64,000 bases of DNA from an uncultured virus (IMG/VR IMGVR_UViG_3300025015_000024) (taxonomy: Duplodnaviria; Heunggongvirae; Uroviricota; Caudoviricetes), in IMG/VR virus record IMGVR_UViG_3300025015_000024, positions 1 through 64,000 of that record, one strand, 5' to 3'. The notes below the pieces were generated by a model. The model did no database searches and was not told where the DNA came from. It saw only the letters and a list, made by a program, of their open reading frames with translations. Of the stretch, positions 48,265 through 58,272 are shown piece by piece; the first letter of the stretch is position 1; each line of letters starts with the position of its first letter. Both the position numbers and the translations under genes were made by a program.

Positions 48265-49359
48265 ATGGAAAATTTTGGTATAATTAAAGAATATGTAACT
48301 AAACAATTAACACAGTCATTATTAAATGAAAATGTGGAAAGTAATATTTTTAACAATTTTATAAAAGAAATTAAAAAGTCAGATATTTTAAAAACTCAAT
48401 ATGTGGTATATAGTAATCTTGAGAATAAATATATAAAAGATGAAAATAAAGCAACCAGATATATTAATGAAAATATAAATTTATTTAAAAAATTTAATTA
48501 TAAAGATTTATTAAATGAAAATAAAAAATTATCTGATAAGTTTAGTAAATTATTAAAAGAAGCATATATTGATTCATCTGGTAAACTAAAGGATTTTGAA
48601 TTTGATGGGTCTGATGACTCATCAAAATATTTTAAAAATCCAAATCCAGATATAATTAAAAAAGCAGAATATTATGGTTTAGTGGATATTGAAAATGAGA
48701 ATTTAACACCTGAAGGTTTAATACAAAAAATGATTGAATGGGATGAGGGGGAACATGGCGTTGAAGAATATATTTATGATATGACAAAAAAAGATTTGGA
48801 AAGACAGGGATATAAAATGCCAGATTATATAAGAAGAGGAAACGTATTGGATGAAAATAAAAATAATAATCAATGTCCTTGTACTAAAAAATTATATGAA
48901 AATCTTGATATTCTAATTAAAGAATCATTAAAAGATGTTCCAGATCCAGAAAAAAAATATAATAGTTATAACAACGTTTTAGAATACGTTATGACAGAGG
49001 ATACTTCAAAACAAGAAGAAGATAAATATAAACTTAAAAATGAAACTTATTTTCCTGATAAAAAAATAATTGAAATGGCAATAAATAAATTTAATGATAA
49101 ATATTCATTTTTAAATGAAAATGAAAGGGAAATTTTTACTGTATTATTTAATAACGATAATAACGGAAAACAAAAGGTTTTTGAAAAAATAAAAAAGAAT
49201 AATATCAATCAGATAAAAAGAAAACTAATTGAATCTTCTGATGAAAAATTATCTGATAAACTTAAACTTGTGGAAGAAAAATTATCTTCAATGGCTTATA
49301 ATAAAGATAATTATATTGATGATATGGTCAAACTTAATAAACTGAGTTTGGGGTTTTAA
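48265..49359 (+). CDS. Hypothetical head-module protein
   Basis: MENFGIIK..., FNDKYSFLNENE; lies between portal and protease; many LxE sites. Confidence 0.75.
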   Translation: MENFGIIKEYVTKQLTQSLLNENVESNIFNNFIKEIKKSDILKTQYVVYSNLENKYIKDENKATRYINENINLFKKFNYKDLLNENKKLSDKFSKLLKEAYIDSSGKLKDFEFDGSDDSSKYFKNPNPDIIKKAEYYGLVDIENENLTPEGLIQKMIEWDEGEHGVEEYIYDMTKKDLERQGYKMPDYIRRGNVLDENKNNNQCPCTKKLYENLDILIKESLKDVPDPEKKYNSYNNVLEYVMTEDTSKQEEDKYKLKNETYFPDKKIIEMAINKFNDKYSFLNENEREIFTVLFNNDNNGKQKVFEKIKKNNINQIKRKLIESSDEKLSDKLKLVEEKLSSMAYNKDNYIDDMVKLNKLSLGF

Positions 49360-49583
49360 TATTTTTTAATATTAAATTTAATAAATTTTAATTTTTCATC
49401 AACACATTTTTCGCATATATGTGCTGTCCATTCTTCTAAATCTTTATTTGAACCAAACCCCCAATTTGCATGCAATTCCATACATTCAAAACCATAACCA
49501 GCTTCGCATGATTTTCCACATAAATCACATTCAATATCTTTAATTTCTTCAATTTCCTTTTTAATTTTTTTATTTATAATCAT
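49356..49583 (-). CDS. Small zinc-finger protein
   Basis: CDLCG...WGFGS..D...ICEKC. Confidence 0.7.
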   Translation of the reverse strand: MIINKKIKKEIEEIKDIECDLCGKSCEAGYGFECMELHANWGFGSNKDLEEWTAHICEKCVDEKLKFIKFNIKKY

Positions 49584-49614
49584 TTTTTTTAATTTTAAAA
49601 TTTCTTTTAATAAT

Positions 49615-49911
49615 TCAATTAAAATACTCTATATCTAATAAGAATGCGGTTGTTACCCCCATTAATTTTAAATGTTCTTCTACCAGATCAGTTGTTATCT
49701 TTTTGATTTCCATATAATCACACTTATATTTGGATAAAAAAATTGACCATATTCTATTATAATCTAACGCTGCATAGTTATTTTTTTTATTATATTTAAT
49801 ATAAAATTTATCTTTATAAATATAAAATATATAATCTGGATAGTTATTAATAGTTTCTGGTTTTAAAACTTTTAACAGTTCAACAAAATATTCTTCTTTC
49901 GACTTTTCCAT
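49615..49911 (-). CDS. LEEHLKL-family protein (intact paralog)
   Basis: Homologous to the fragments at 16547 and 18820. Confidence 0.75.
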   Translation of the reverse strand: MEKSKEEYFVELLKVLKPETINNYPDYIFYIYKDKFYIKYNKKNNYAALDYNRIWSIFLSKYKCDYMEIKKITTDLVEEHLKLMGVTTAFLLDIEYFN

Positions 49912-49914
49912 AAA

Positions 49915-50397
49915 TTATTTTAAATCCTTTTTTGTTAAACAAAACTCAAACCATTCATTATTTATAAACAAATCAGATATTGTTAAATCATTTACAAACT
50001 TATCAATAAAAAATGACAAATCTTTTTTATTATCTTTTGATACCAGTGGTAAATAATTATTTTCTGAACCTCTTTGATATAAGTTAAACTCCAGAGACAT
50101 AAAACTTTTTTTATCTAATTTTATTCCAGAAGACCTTATATCAAGATCCAAAATATAAAAATCATTCCATATTTCTTTGTTAATAAGATTATTCTCTCTT
50201 ATTATTTTTCTTATGTTTCTTTTAAAAGAAAAAATAACTTTATTATAATCATTATTTATTTTCTTTGGTTTAACCCATGTTGAAATAATGATATAAACAC
50301 TATCTGGTGATTTATTATTTTTTACTGTCCCACTTAAACATTTTAAGTTTTCATTTAAGCATGAGATTTCTATCTCTTTTCCAGTTTTTTGGCCCAT
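49915..50397 (-). CDS. Hypothetical phage protein
   Basis: ILDLDIRSSGIK..KKSFMSLE motif; reverse-strand gene within the head module. Confidence 0.75.
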   Translation of the reverse strand: MGQKTGKEIEISCLNENLKCLSGTVKNNKSPDSVYIIISTWVKPKKINNDYNKVIFSFKRNIRKIIRENNLINKEIWNDFYILDLDIRSSGIKLDKKSFMSLEFNLYQRGSENNYLPLVSKDNKKDLSFFIDKFVNDLTISDLFINNEWFEFCLTKKDLK

Positions 50398-50403
50398 TTA
50401 TCA

Positions 50404-50658
50404 TTATTCCTTAGCTTCTTTCTTTTCTTCTTCTTCTTTTTTGATGGCCAATTTCCCAATAACTGCCTCAATTTTACTTTCTGAAACGCTTGATACTTCA
50501 AAATTGTGAGCACCCTTCAAATGTTCATGAATTTTTAATTCTGCATCAGAAACAGATTCAGCAGCAACCAAAAATTGAGATGTTGTTATTTTTTCCGTAA
50601 CTCCTTTTGATTTTGAAAAAACGTCTTCTGTGAATTTAACTTTTACAAGATAATACAT
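50404..50658 (-). CDS. DUF4494-like protein (Bacteroidota family)
   Basis: YYLVKVKF...FLVAAESVSDAE...FEVSSVSESKI. Confidence 0.7.
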   Translation of the reverse strand: MYYLVKVKFTEDVFSKSKGVTEKITTSQFLVAAESVSDAELKIHEHLKGAHNFEVSSVSESKIEAVIGKLAIKKEEEEKKEAKE

Positions 50659-50797
50659 AATTTTTTAATTTTAATTGTTTTTTAATAATACAAAAATAGA
50701 TATAATAATTTTAAAAGTCAATAGCCATCAAATGATTTTTTTTAATTTAACATATATTTATAATAAAATATAATATAAAAATAAAAAATTTTTCATT

Positions 50798-51010
50798 ATG
50801 CCAACACTAACCAAACAAAAATCCAAAGTAGTTATTTTAAATAACAGTAATGGTACAACTAATATTTATCATAAACTGTCAAAAACAGAATTAATAAAAG
50901 AAATAATTAGTCTTAAAACAAAAATTACTTATTATGAGAGTACGGAAAAAGAAAGAAAATTAAAACAAAATAATTGTTTAAGTGAGTTGGAAAATATTTT
51001 AAAAAAATAA
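50798..51010 (+). CDS. Hypothetical protein
   Basis: Short ORF after the late motif at 50755. Confidence 0.55.
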   Translation: MPTLTKQKSKVVILNNSNGTTNIYHKLSKTELIKEIISLKTKITYYESTEKERKLKQNNCLSELENILKK

Positions 51011-51328
51011 TTGAGTATGAATTTGGATTGGCAATCGGTTTCACTTATTTTGGGAATTTTAGTAATAATTACTGGAGCATTAATAAAAATATTTAAAAAA
51101 AATGGTAAAAATATTACACCAGAATTAAAATTACCAAAAGAATTTTATGATGTTAAAACACAGGTTGGAGAACAACAAATAAGATTTGAAGAGTATGAAA
51201 AATTAATAAATGAAAAATTATCTGGATTATCAGATGATATTAAAGAATTAAAAGAAAATATTAAAGAAAGAAATGAAAAAATAGATAAATTAACTGAGAC
51301 TATAATCAAATACATTTCAAAAAATTAA
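51011..51328 (+). CDS. N-terminal TM plus coiled-coil protein
   Basis: Single TM helix followed by heptad repeats. Confidence 0.6.
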   Translation: MSMNLDWQSVSLILGILVIITGALIKIFKKNGKNITPELKLPKEFYDVKTQVGEQQIRFEEYEKLINEKLSGLSDDIKELKENIKERNEKIDKLTETIIKYISKN

Positions 51329-51335
51329 AAATTAA

Positions 51336-52082
51336 ATGATTAACCCCTTTCCAAAATATATTAATGGACAACTTCAATTTGATGATGGTAGATTTTTATT
51401 AAGAGAATTTTACTCCATCCCCACAAAAGATATTGATAAAATAAAAGAACAATCCAAAATAATAACAGAATCATTTGATAAAAATAAATTATCAACTGAT
51501 AGTTCCATATTTATGAATTGTATTTTACAAAAATGTGAAACAGAAAATAGAAATGGAAGATATTATCCTCGTCATATATTAGAAAGAGAAAATAATAATT
51601 ATCAGGAATTAATTAAAGAAAAAAGAGCTCTTTCGCATAGTTCACATCCAGATCATAGTCTAGTTGAATTTAAAGATTCTTCTCATAGAGTGATTAAAAC
51701 TTGGTGGGATGATAATACATTAATGGGCACTATTGAAATTCTTGGTTCTCCTGGATATTTTAAATTTGGAATAATAAGTTGTCCTGGAGATACAATTATT
51801 AATCTTCTTAATAAAGAAGTTAAAATGGGAATATCTTCAAGAGGTGTTGGTTCATTAGAACAACAAAATGGTAAAAATGTGGTACAAGATGATTTTGAAC
51901 TTATTGCATTTGATTTGGTTAGTTCTCCTTCAACTCCAGGTGCATTCTTATATGCTGAAAATAGTGAAATGCAAGAAAATATTACAGAAGATATAAAATA
52001 TAAGCCATCATTTTTAAGAATAAATAAAAAAATTAATGTTGATCCATTTTTAGAAAATTTAAATAATTTTTTAGAAAAATAA
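51336..52082 (+). CDS. Prohead protease (T4 gp21-like)
   Basis: NRNGRYYP, HPD, SH, GISSRGVGS and FDLVSSPSTPGA motifs. Confidence 0.93.
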   Translation: MINPFPKYINGQLQFDDGRFLLREFYSIPTKDIDKIKEQSKIITESFDKNKLSTDSSIFMNCILQKCETENRNGRYYPRHILERENNNYQELIKEKRALSHSSHPDHSLVEFKDSSHRVIKTWWDDNTLMGTIEILGSPGYFKFGIISCPGDTIINLLNKEVKMGISSRGVGSLEQQNGKNVVQDDFELIAFDLVSSPSTPGAFLYAENSEMQENITEDIKYKPSFLRINKKINVDPFLENLNNFLEK

Positions 52083-52171
52083 AAAAAATATACAAAAAAC
52101 TGAACTTTTTTAAACTAACGTATATTTATTAAAAAATAAAGATAATATTTTACATACAATATTTATAATTT

Positions 52172-53440
52172 ATGGCAGAAAATAAAGAAAAAAAACAGTC
52201 CATTCTTGAACAAGCCTTGTTAGAAGCAAGCGAGATTCAAAAAACGGCTGAAAGCAATGCAAAAGAAATACTGGCAAAACAAATGAGACCAGAAATTGAA
52301 CGCATAGTTAAAGAATCAATAGAAAAAGAAGATTCTGTTGATGAAACAAAAATGGAAGAAAGTCATGATCAACAACCAGTTGATGAAGAAAAAAATAAAG
52401 TCAAGGAAAATGAGGACGAAGACAATGATTTAGAAGATATTGATTCTGAAAAGGTGGAAACCGATTTAGAAGATGATATTGATTCTGAAAAAATAGAGGA
52501 TAAAGAACCTGAAGAAATTTCTGATGATGAAGAAGGTATAGAACAAGTTGATCTTACCAGTACTCCTGATGAAGATGTTGTCAAAGTTTTCAAAAAAATG
52601 ACAAAAGATGATCAAATTGAAATTGAAAAAGATGGAGATTCGATCAAAATAAAAGATGAGGACAAAGAATATCGTATTGAATTAAGTGAATCTAAAAATA
52701 AAGGAAAACTTAATGAAGATGGTGTTTGTGAAGAATGTCCTGATAACGATTTGACAGATGATGATAGTGAAATGATTTATGAAATTGAAATAGAAGGAAA
52801 AGATAATGTTTCTGAAACTGATGGGGTATCAGAAAAAGTGACTAAAGATGAAGAATTGGAAGAAACTTTTAATGTTACTCATGCAGAAGGAAGAAATGTA
52901 ACATCAAAACCCCAAAATTTCAATGTTAGAAGTAGACCAGGAGATACCAGATATAAAAAACTTTATCAGGAAGCTGCTGGAAAAAATAAGCAACTTGTTG
53001 AGAAATTTAATTCTCTAAGAGGCAAAGCAGTAAAAATTCTTAATGAAAATAAAGAATTAAAAGAGTTTCAGACAAAACTCAAAAATGCTGTTGTTGATAT
53101 GAGAGGAAAACTTAATGAGGTTGCATTATTCAATTCTAATTTGGCTTATGCCAATAGAATAATGGCAGAAGAAACAACCACTAGGAAAGAAAAAATTGAT
53201 ATGATTCAAAGATTTGATAAAGTCAAATCTATTAAAGAATCAAAACAACTTTATAAAACACTTCTTAGTGAATTGAAAAAAGAGCCAATTAAAGAATCTG
53301 TTGAAAAGAAAATAACAAAAACTTCAGAGTCAAGCTCATCCAAACAAATAAATGAATCAAAAGTTTATTCTGATCCTCAATTAGAGAATCAAATAAAAAG
53401 GATGAAAGACTTAATGAACTATTCCACGAATGGAAAATAA
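52172..53440 (+). CDS. Prohead scaffold/core protein
   Basis: Acidic and coiled-coil, between protease and MCP; LNEVALFNSNLAY; C-terminal QIKRMKDLMNY. Confidence 0.85.
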   Translation: MAENKEKKQSILEQALLEASEIQKTAESNAKEILAKQMRPEIERIVKESIEKEDSVDETKMEESHDQQPVDEEKNKVKENEDEDNDLEDIDSEKVETDLEDDIDSEKIEDKEPEEISDDEEGIEQVDLTSTPDEDVVKVFKKMTKDDQIEIEKDGDSIKIKDEDKEYRIELSESKNKGKLNEDGVCEECPDNDLTDDDSEMIYEIEIEGKDNVSETDGVSEKVTKDEELEETFNVTHAEGRNVTSKPQNFNVRSRPGDTRYKKLYQEAAGKNKQLVEKFNSLRGKAVKILNENKELKEFQTKLKNAVVDMRGKLNEVALFNSNLAYANRIMAEETTTRKEKIDMIQRFDKVKSIKESKQLYKTLLSELKKEPIKESVEKKITKTSESSSSKQINESKVYSDPQLENQIKRMKDLMNYSTNGK

Positions 53441-53469
53441 TTAATAATAAAACTTAAAAAATAATAACT

Positions 53470-55164
53470 ATGGGACAAATTTTAAATTCAGGAGAAGTTG
53501 GAAATATTGGGTTGAGGCAACTCAAAGAACAACGAGAACTGATAACACAAAAATGGACTAAATTAGGTCTTTTAGAAGATCTAAAAGGTCATATAAAAGA
53601 TAATATTGCTCAGTTGTTTGAAAATCAAGCATCTTACATGTTGAATGAATCAACAACCGCATCTAATTCAGGTGCGTTTGAAACTGTTGCGTTTCCTATT
53701 ATACGTAGGGTCTTTTCAAAATTGCTTGCTAATGAGATTGTATCAGTACAAGCTCTTAATTTACCAATTGGTAAACTGTTCTATTTGAATCCAAAAGTAT
53801 CAACGAGAGTAGATACTGGTTCAACAGGACACACATCACCGGATGGTGCTTATTCTAATGCAGCCGATTTAACAGCTGGTTCAGGAACTCAATTTGAAAC
53901 TAAATCATTGTACGATAGTTTCTATGCAACCGCAAATAATGATGAGGGTACTTCTTTATTTGATAGAAGTAAAGGGGCATTCACATCAACAAATGCAGTT
54001 CTTACTGGTTCTACACCGCAATCTGGGGTAACTAAATTCAAAACATTTCAATTAACAGGATTTACAACTACAAGTGATGGTAAGTTGATTGGTCCTGCTG
54101 GTGTTCCTATGGACACTGAAGAATTTTTAGCTAGTCTAAAAGTTACGGCAGACCAAAATTTATCAGGCGGATCTGGTTTCCAAGGTTCAAGTATTACCGC
54201 AGGAGACCCAATTCCTTTCAGAGTTAAAACTCAACAATACGGAAGAGAAATTGTAAGTTCTAATGGTGTAATTGATGTTGAGATTGATTTAACATATCCA
54301 GCAGCTAATGGTTATTCGGCATTTACATCATATGTTGATCAGGCTGGTACACCTTCAGCAACTAATAAAATTTTATTTACAGCTAACTACAGAACTTATT
54401 CTGATTTAGAACAAGATTCTGAAATGGCCGAAGTAACATTTAGTCTTGATGAAGTTACGGTATCTGTAACAACTCGTAAAATGAGAGCACAATGGACACC
54501 TGAACTTGCACAAGACGTATCAGCATTCCATAATATAGATGCAGAGGCTGAACTTACTGCATTGTTGTCAGAACAAATGGCAGCTGAAATTGACAGGGAA
54601 ATCCTTAGAGATCTTAGAAGAGGTGCAGCTTGGACATTACGTTGGGATTATAATGGTTTGAGAAACCAAACTACTCAGTATCACGGTACTCAGAAAGATT
54701 GGAATCAAACATTGTTAACCAAAATAAATCAAATTTCAGCTCAAATTCATAAAGCAACACTGAGAGGTGGAGCTTCTTGGATAGTTATATCACCTGAAAT
54801 TTCAGCAGTATTAGATGATTTGGAATATTTCCACGTATCAAATGCTGATCCTGAACAGGACAAATATAACATGGGTATTGAAAGAGTTGGATCTCTTGGT
54901 GGAAGATATCAAGTATATCGTGATCCTTACGCTCCAGCTAACACAATGTTAATTGGACATAAAGGAAATTCGATATTGGAAGCTGGATATATATATGCTC
55001 CATATGTTCCAATGCAATTGACACCTACAATGTATAATCCATTTGACTTTAAACCAATTAAGGGGGTAATGACAAGATATGCCAAGAAAATGATAAATAA
55101 CAGGTTCTATGGCAAGGTCTTCTGTGATGGATTAACAACTTTTGACCCAACTGAACTTAGATAA
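53470..55164 (+). CDS. Major capsid protein (T4 gp23-like)
   Basis: FPIIRRV, RKMRAQWTPELAQD, EIDREI, YAPYVP and GVMTRYA motifs; propeptide ending LNE. Confidence 0.96.
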   Translation: MGQILNSGEVGNIGLRQLKEQRELITQKWTKLGLLEDLKGHIKDNIAQLFENQASYMLNESTTASNSGAFETVAFPIIRRVFSKLLANEIVSVQALNLPIGKLFYLNPKVSTRVDTGSTGHTSPDGAYSNAADLTAGSGTQFETKSLYDSFYATANNDEGTSLFDRSKGAFTSTNAVLTGSTPQSGVTKFKTFQLTGFTTTSDGKLIGPAGVPMDTEEFLASLKVTADQNLSGGSGFQGSSITAGDPIPFRVKTQQYGREIVSSNGVIDVEIDLTYPAANGYSAFTSYVDQAGTPSATNKILFTANYRTYSDLEQDSEMAEVTFSLDEVTVSVTTRKMRAQWTPELAQDVSAFHNIDAEAELTALLSEQMAAEIDREILRDLRRGAAWTLRWDYNGLRNQTTQYHGTQKDWNQTLLTKINQISAQIHKATLRGGASWIVISPEISAVLDDLEYFHVSNADPEQDKYNMGIERVGSLGGRYQVYRDPYAPANTMLIGHKGNSILEAGYIYAPYVPMQLTPTMYNPFDFKPIKGVMTRYAKKMINNRFYGKVFCDGLTTFDPTELR

Positions 55165-55192
55165 TAAGTAAAGTAGTTCAAATTTAAACCAT

Positions 55193-55231
55193 AAAGGGGG
55201 GTCTGGATAATAAAAATTCAGATCCTTTTTT
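55193..55231 (+). terminator. Intrinsic terminator after MCP
   Basis: AAAGGGGGGTCTGGA/TTCAGATCCTTTTT hairpin with T-run. Confidence 0.75.
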
Positions 55232-55308
55232 ATGTTTATTCTAATTTAAGATTGACTTTAAACGGATTATATATTATATTTGTAATATAATTTAAAAATA
55301 TTATAAAA

Positions 55309-57432
55309 ATGAAAAAAACAACAATAACGAAAGAACAGGAAAAAGAAATTGTTGCCATTTATTCTTTAACAAATATTGGAACAGAACCATTATCATTAAG
55401 GTTTAGAATTAGTAAAAAAAGAATTAATCAAATATTTAAAAACTATAATATATCAAAAAAGAAAAAAGGTAATCAAATAACAAATAATATTATAGAAATA
55501 AAAGAAAATTATAAAAAAATAAGAAGTATTTCAAGTAATAATTTTATAGTTAAGTGTAAAAAAACAAACAAAGAATTTAATGATTATAATAATAAGTCGG
55601 GAATATTAACAATTCATTTAAAAAAAATATTTCCAAACATAAAAATACCTTCAAATTATAATAAAAAATTATTTTTAAAAGAAAATGGATTTCAATGGCA
55701 TGAACAATATTTTAACATTTTATTAAAAAAAGAAAAACAAACAAGAAAATGTAAATATTGTGATTGGGAGACAACAGATATCAAAAATAAAACTGGGTGT
55801 TATGAAATTCATTTAAAAAATACTCATAATAAAACCATAAATGAATTTATAAAACAATTTCCAGAAGAAATAAAATATCACCCCAACTTCAAAAAAATTA
55901 AGAAAAGAAATGAATCATTCAAAGATACAGATAGTTATATTATTTGTAAAATATGTAACAAAAAACTTAAAAAATTAACAAATACTCATTTTATTCAACA
56001 TGGAGTAACTGTAAAAGAATATAAAGAAAAATATTCTATATTATCAACAAATTCTTTAAATAGTACAAAAAATCAATCAAAAATAACAACAGAATATAAT
56101 TTAAAACATGGGACGACATTTCCCAATAAAAAATCTTCATATGAAATTGATTTTGAAACAAAATTAAAAAAAATAAATATTAAATATATAACACCATTTA
56201 TATATAAAGGAAAGAAATTTGATTTTTATTTGCCAAAAATAGATACGGTTATTGAGATTGATGGGGAAGTATTTCATAAAAATTATTTAGAGAACTTAAC
56301 AATAAAAACAATTCAAAACTCAATAAATGACTATAAAAAATCTAATTTAATCGGATATGATTTTAAATTTTATAGGATAAGATATAATAAAAATGAAATT
56401 TTTAATTCAGAAAATGAATTAATCAATTTAATTATAAATAATTCTTATACTCCAAATTATTCAATTTCCTATAACCAAAAAATAATATTAAAAGAATATT
56501 TCAAAAATTATATTGAAACAAAGGGAAAATCAAAATTGGAAAAATATATTCCTCTTTTATTGAAATTTATAAGAACATTTCATTCAGAGTTTCCATATCC
56601 AGAAAATAATGATAATTTAAATGATATTATTAACACTATTAAGAATTATGATTTGTCCAGGGTATATGATGAAAACACCAACACTTTTAGTAATATTTGT
56701 TATTCAATAGGAAATACATACTTAAAATCATTATTTAAATCATACTGGGATTGTAACTATAAAGGAAATGAATCACCAATTCATGCATGGAACAACGATA
56801 CCACAATGAAAAGAATTATAAAATATAGAATTGGATGTAATGATTCTAATGAAATATTTGATTTTTCACTAAAAAACCTAATAAAGGGTTTATCTGCCAA
56901 CAGAAATACAATATCATTTTTTAAACCTATATTAGCAGCTTCAATATATAATCATTATTTGCCAAAAAACATTGAAAACCCTATAGTTTTTGATCCTTGT
57001 TGTGGATTTGGTGGAAGAATATTGGGGTTTAAATCTTTGTTCCCACATGGAAAATATATTGGATTAGAACCAAATAAAAAGATATATGGCGAATTATCAA
57101 TACTATCTTCAAAATTTGAAGATAATAATGAGTTATATAATTGTAAATTAGAAGATTTTAATAAAAATATAAAATATGATATTTGTTTTACAAGCATTCC
57201 TTATTTTGATTTAGAGAATTATAATAATTATTTTGATTATAATTCATATAGTCAATGGAAAAAAGAATTTATTGATAAGTTACTAACCTATAATAAGTTA
57301 ATTATTAATATGTCAGAAGAATTATGTAATAAATTGAATTTAAATAAATATATTGATTCTTATATAATAAAATCTCAATCTCATTTTGGAAATAAGGAAA
57401 AAGAAGTTATGATAAAATTAAACTTTTCATAA
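55309..57432 (+). CDS. Zinc-finger / PD-(D/E)xK endonuclease / DNA methyltransferase-like fusion
   Basis: CKYC..H..H and CKIC..H..H; FDFYLP..VIEIDGEVFH; FDPCCGFGGR; FTSIPYF. Confidence 0.75.
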   Translation: MKKTTITKEQEKEIVAIYSLTNIGTEPLSLRFRISKKRINQIFKNYNISKKKKGNQITNNIIEIKENYKKIRSISSNNFIVKCKKTNKEFNDYNNKSGILTIHLKKIFPNIKIPSNYNKKLFLKENGFQWHEQYFNILLKKEKQTRKCKYCDWETTDIKNKTGCYEIHLKNTHNKTINEFIKQFPEEIKYHPNFKKIKKRNESFKDTDSYIICKICNKKLKKLTNTHFIQHGVTVKEYKEKYSILSTNSLNSTKNQSKITTEYNLKHGTTFPNKKSSYEIDFETKLKKINIKYITPFIYKGKKFDFYLPKIDTVIEIDGEVFHKNYLENLTIKTIQNSINDYKKSNLIGYDFKFYRIRYNKNEIFNSENELINLIINNSYTPNYSISYNQKIILKEYFKNYIETKGKSKLEKYIPLLLKFIRTFHSEFPYPENNDNLNDIINTIKNYDLSRVYDENTNTFSNICYSIGNTYLKSLFKSYWDCNYKGNESPIHAWNNDTTMKRIIKYRIGCNDSNEIFDFSLKNLIKGLSANRNTISFFKPILAASIYNHYLPKNIENPIVFDPCCGFGGRILGFKSLFPHGKYIGLEPNKKIYGELSILSSKFEDNNELYNCKLEDFNKNIKYDICFTSIPYFDLENYNNYFDYNSYSQWKKEFIDKLLTYNKLIINMSEELCNKLNLNKYIDSYIIKSQSHFGNKEKEVMIKLNFS

Positions 57433-57475
57433 CTAACAACTATTTATATAAAAAAATAATTAAACTTAATAAATT

Positions 57476-57877
57476 ATGCCACTATTTACAGATATTTGTG
57501 GGGCGGTAGATCAATTTGAAAGTACGATTGCTAATGAAATTGCCACAATGACTACTCATGCCCAATTTTTAACAGCTGCTGACAATATGTCAAGTGGGAA
57601 AACTGATATGAATCTTCAATTATCAGGTACACTTGGTACTCATGTGACTAGATTATTAATTGACAGACTAACACTGGTTGAAGCAGATATGAGAAGGTTT
57701 TCTACAATGAAGGGTCTTGCTCAAAATATTAATCAAGTTCATGAAGTTTTAAGAGAGCATGCCAAAATTACGGCAGCAATTATCAGGGGTGGAACAAGAT
57801 GTGCAAATGGAAGTGGGACTTCTGCTGCTGATCAAAGATTTTATAAAGATACCATATTTAAAGAATTTGGCAGGTAA
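57476..57877 (+). CDS. Hypothetical late protein
   Basis: ORF preceded by TATTTATA (57441). Confidence 0.7.
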   Translation: MPLFTDICGAVDQFESTIANEIATMTTHAQFLTAADNMSSGKTDMNLQLSGTLGTHVTRLLIDRLTLVEADMRRFSTMKGLAQNINQVHEVLREHAKITAAIIRGGTRCANGSGTSAADQRFYKDTIFKEFGR

Positions 57878-57949
57878 TTAAATAATTTTTTTAATTAATC
57901 TATTGACTTTTTAGAATATTTTATTTATCTTTGTATTTATAATAATATA

Positions 57950-58030
57950 ATGAAACAGATAACGACATATTTTGGTGGAAATGGTGATGGCACAACTGAT
58001 GCGATAACCATAATGGCCAGATTATGTTAA
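57950..58030 (+). CDS. Leader peptide 3, MKQITTYFGGNGDGTTDAITIMARLC (tRNA array 3 attenuator)
   Basis: Follows TATCTTTG (57926) and TATTTATA (57934); F-G-G-N-G-D-G-T-T-D-A control region. Confidence 0.8.
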   Translation: MKQITTYFGGNGDGTTDAITIMARLC

Positions 58031-58051
58031 AAATATAAATAACAACTATAT

Positions 58052-58086
58052 AAAAACCCTGGCTAATAAAAAGTCAGGGTTTTTTT
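58052..58086 (+). terminator. Attenuator terminator 3
   Basis: AAAAACCCTGGCT/AGTCAGGG-T7; leader segment TGGCCAG (58014-58020) can pair with CTGGCTA (58059-58065). Confidence 0.85.
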
Positions 58087-58101
58087 GTTTATATGATAAA
58101 T

Positions 58102-58178
58102 GGTGATACAGCATATTGGTGCATGTTGCTTCCCTGTCACGGAAGAGATTGTCGGTTCAAATCCGTCTATCACCGCCA
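58102..58178 (+). tRNA. tRNA-Asp(GUC)
   Basis: CTTCC-CTGTCAC-GGAAG; G73 and encoded CCA. Confidence 0.85.
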
Positions 58179-58179
58179 A

Positions 58180-58252
58180 GGAACTTTGGTGTAGGTGGTC
58201 TGCACAACTGTTTGAAGCACAGTGGGTCTTTGTTCGATTCAAAGAGGTTCCA
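58180..58252 (+). tRNA. tRNA-Phe(GAA)
   Basis: ACTGT-TTGAAGC-ACAGT. Confidence 0.8.
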
Positions 58253-58272
58253 CAAGGTTATTCATTTTTACA

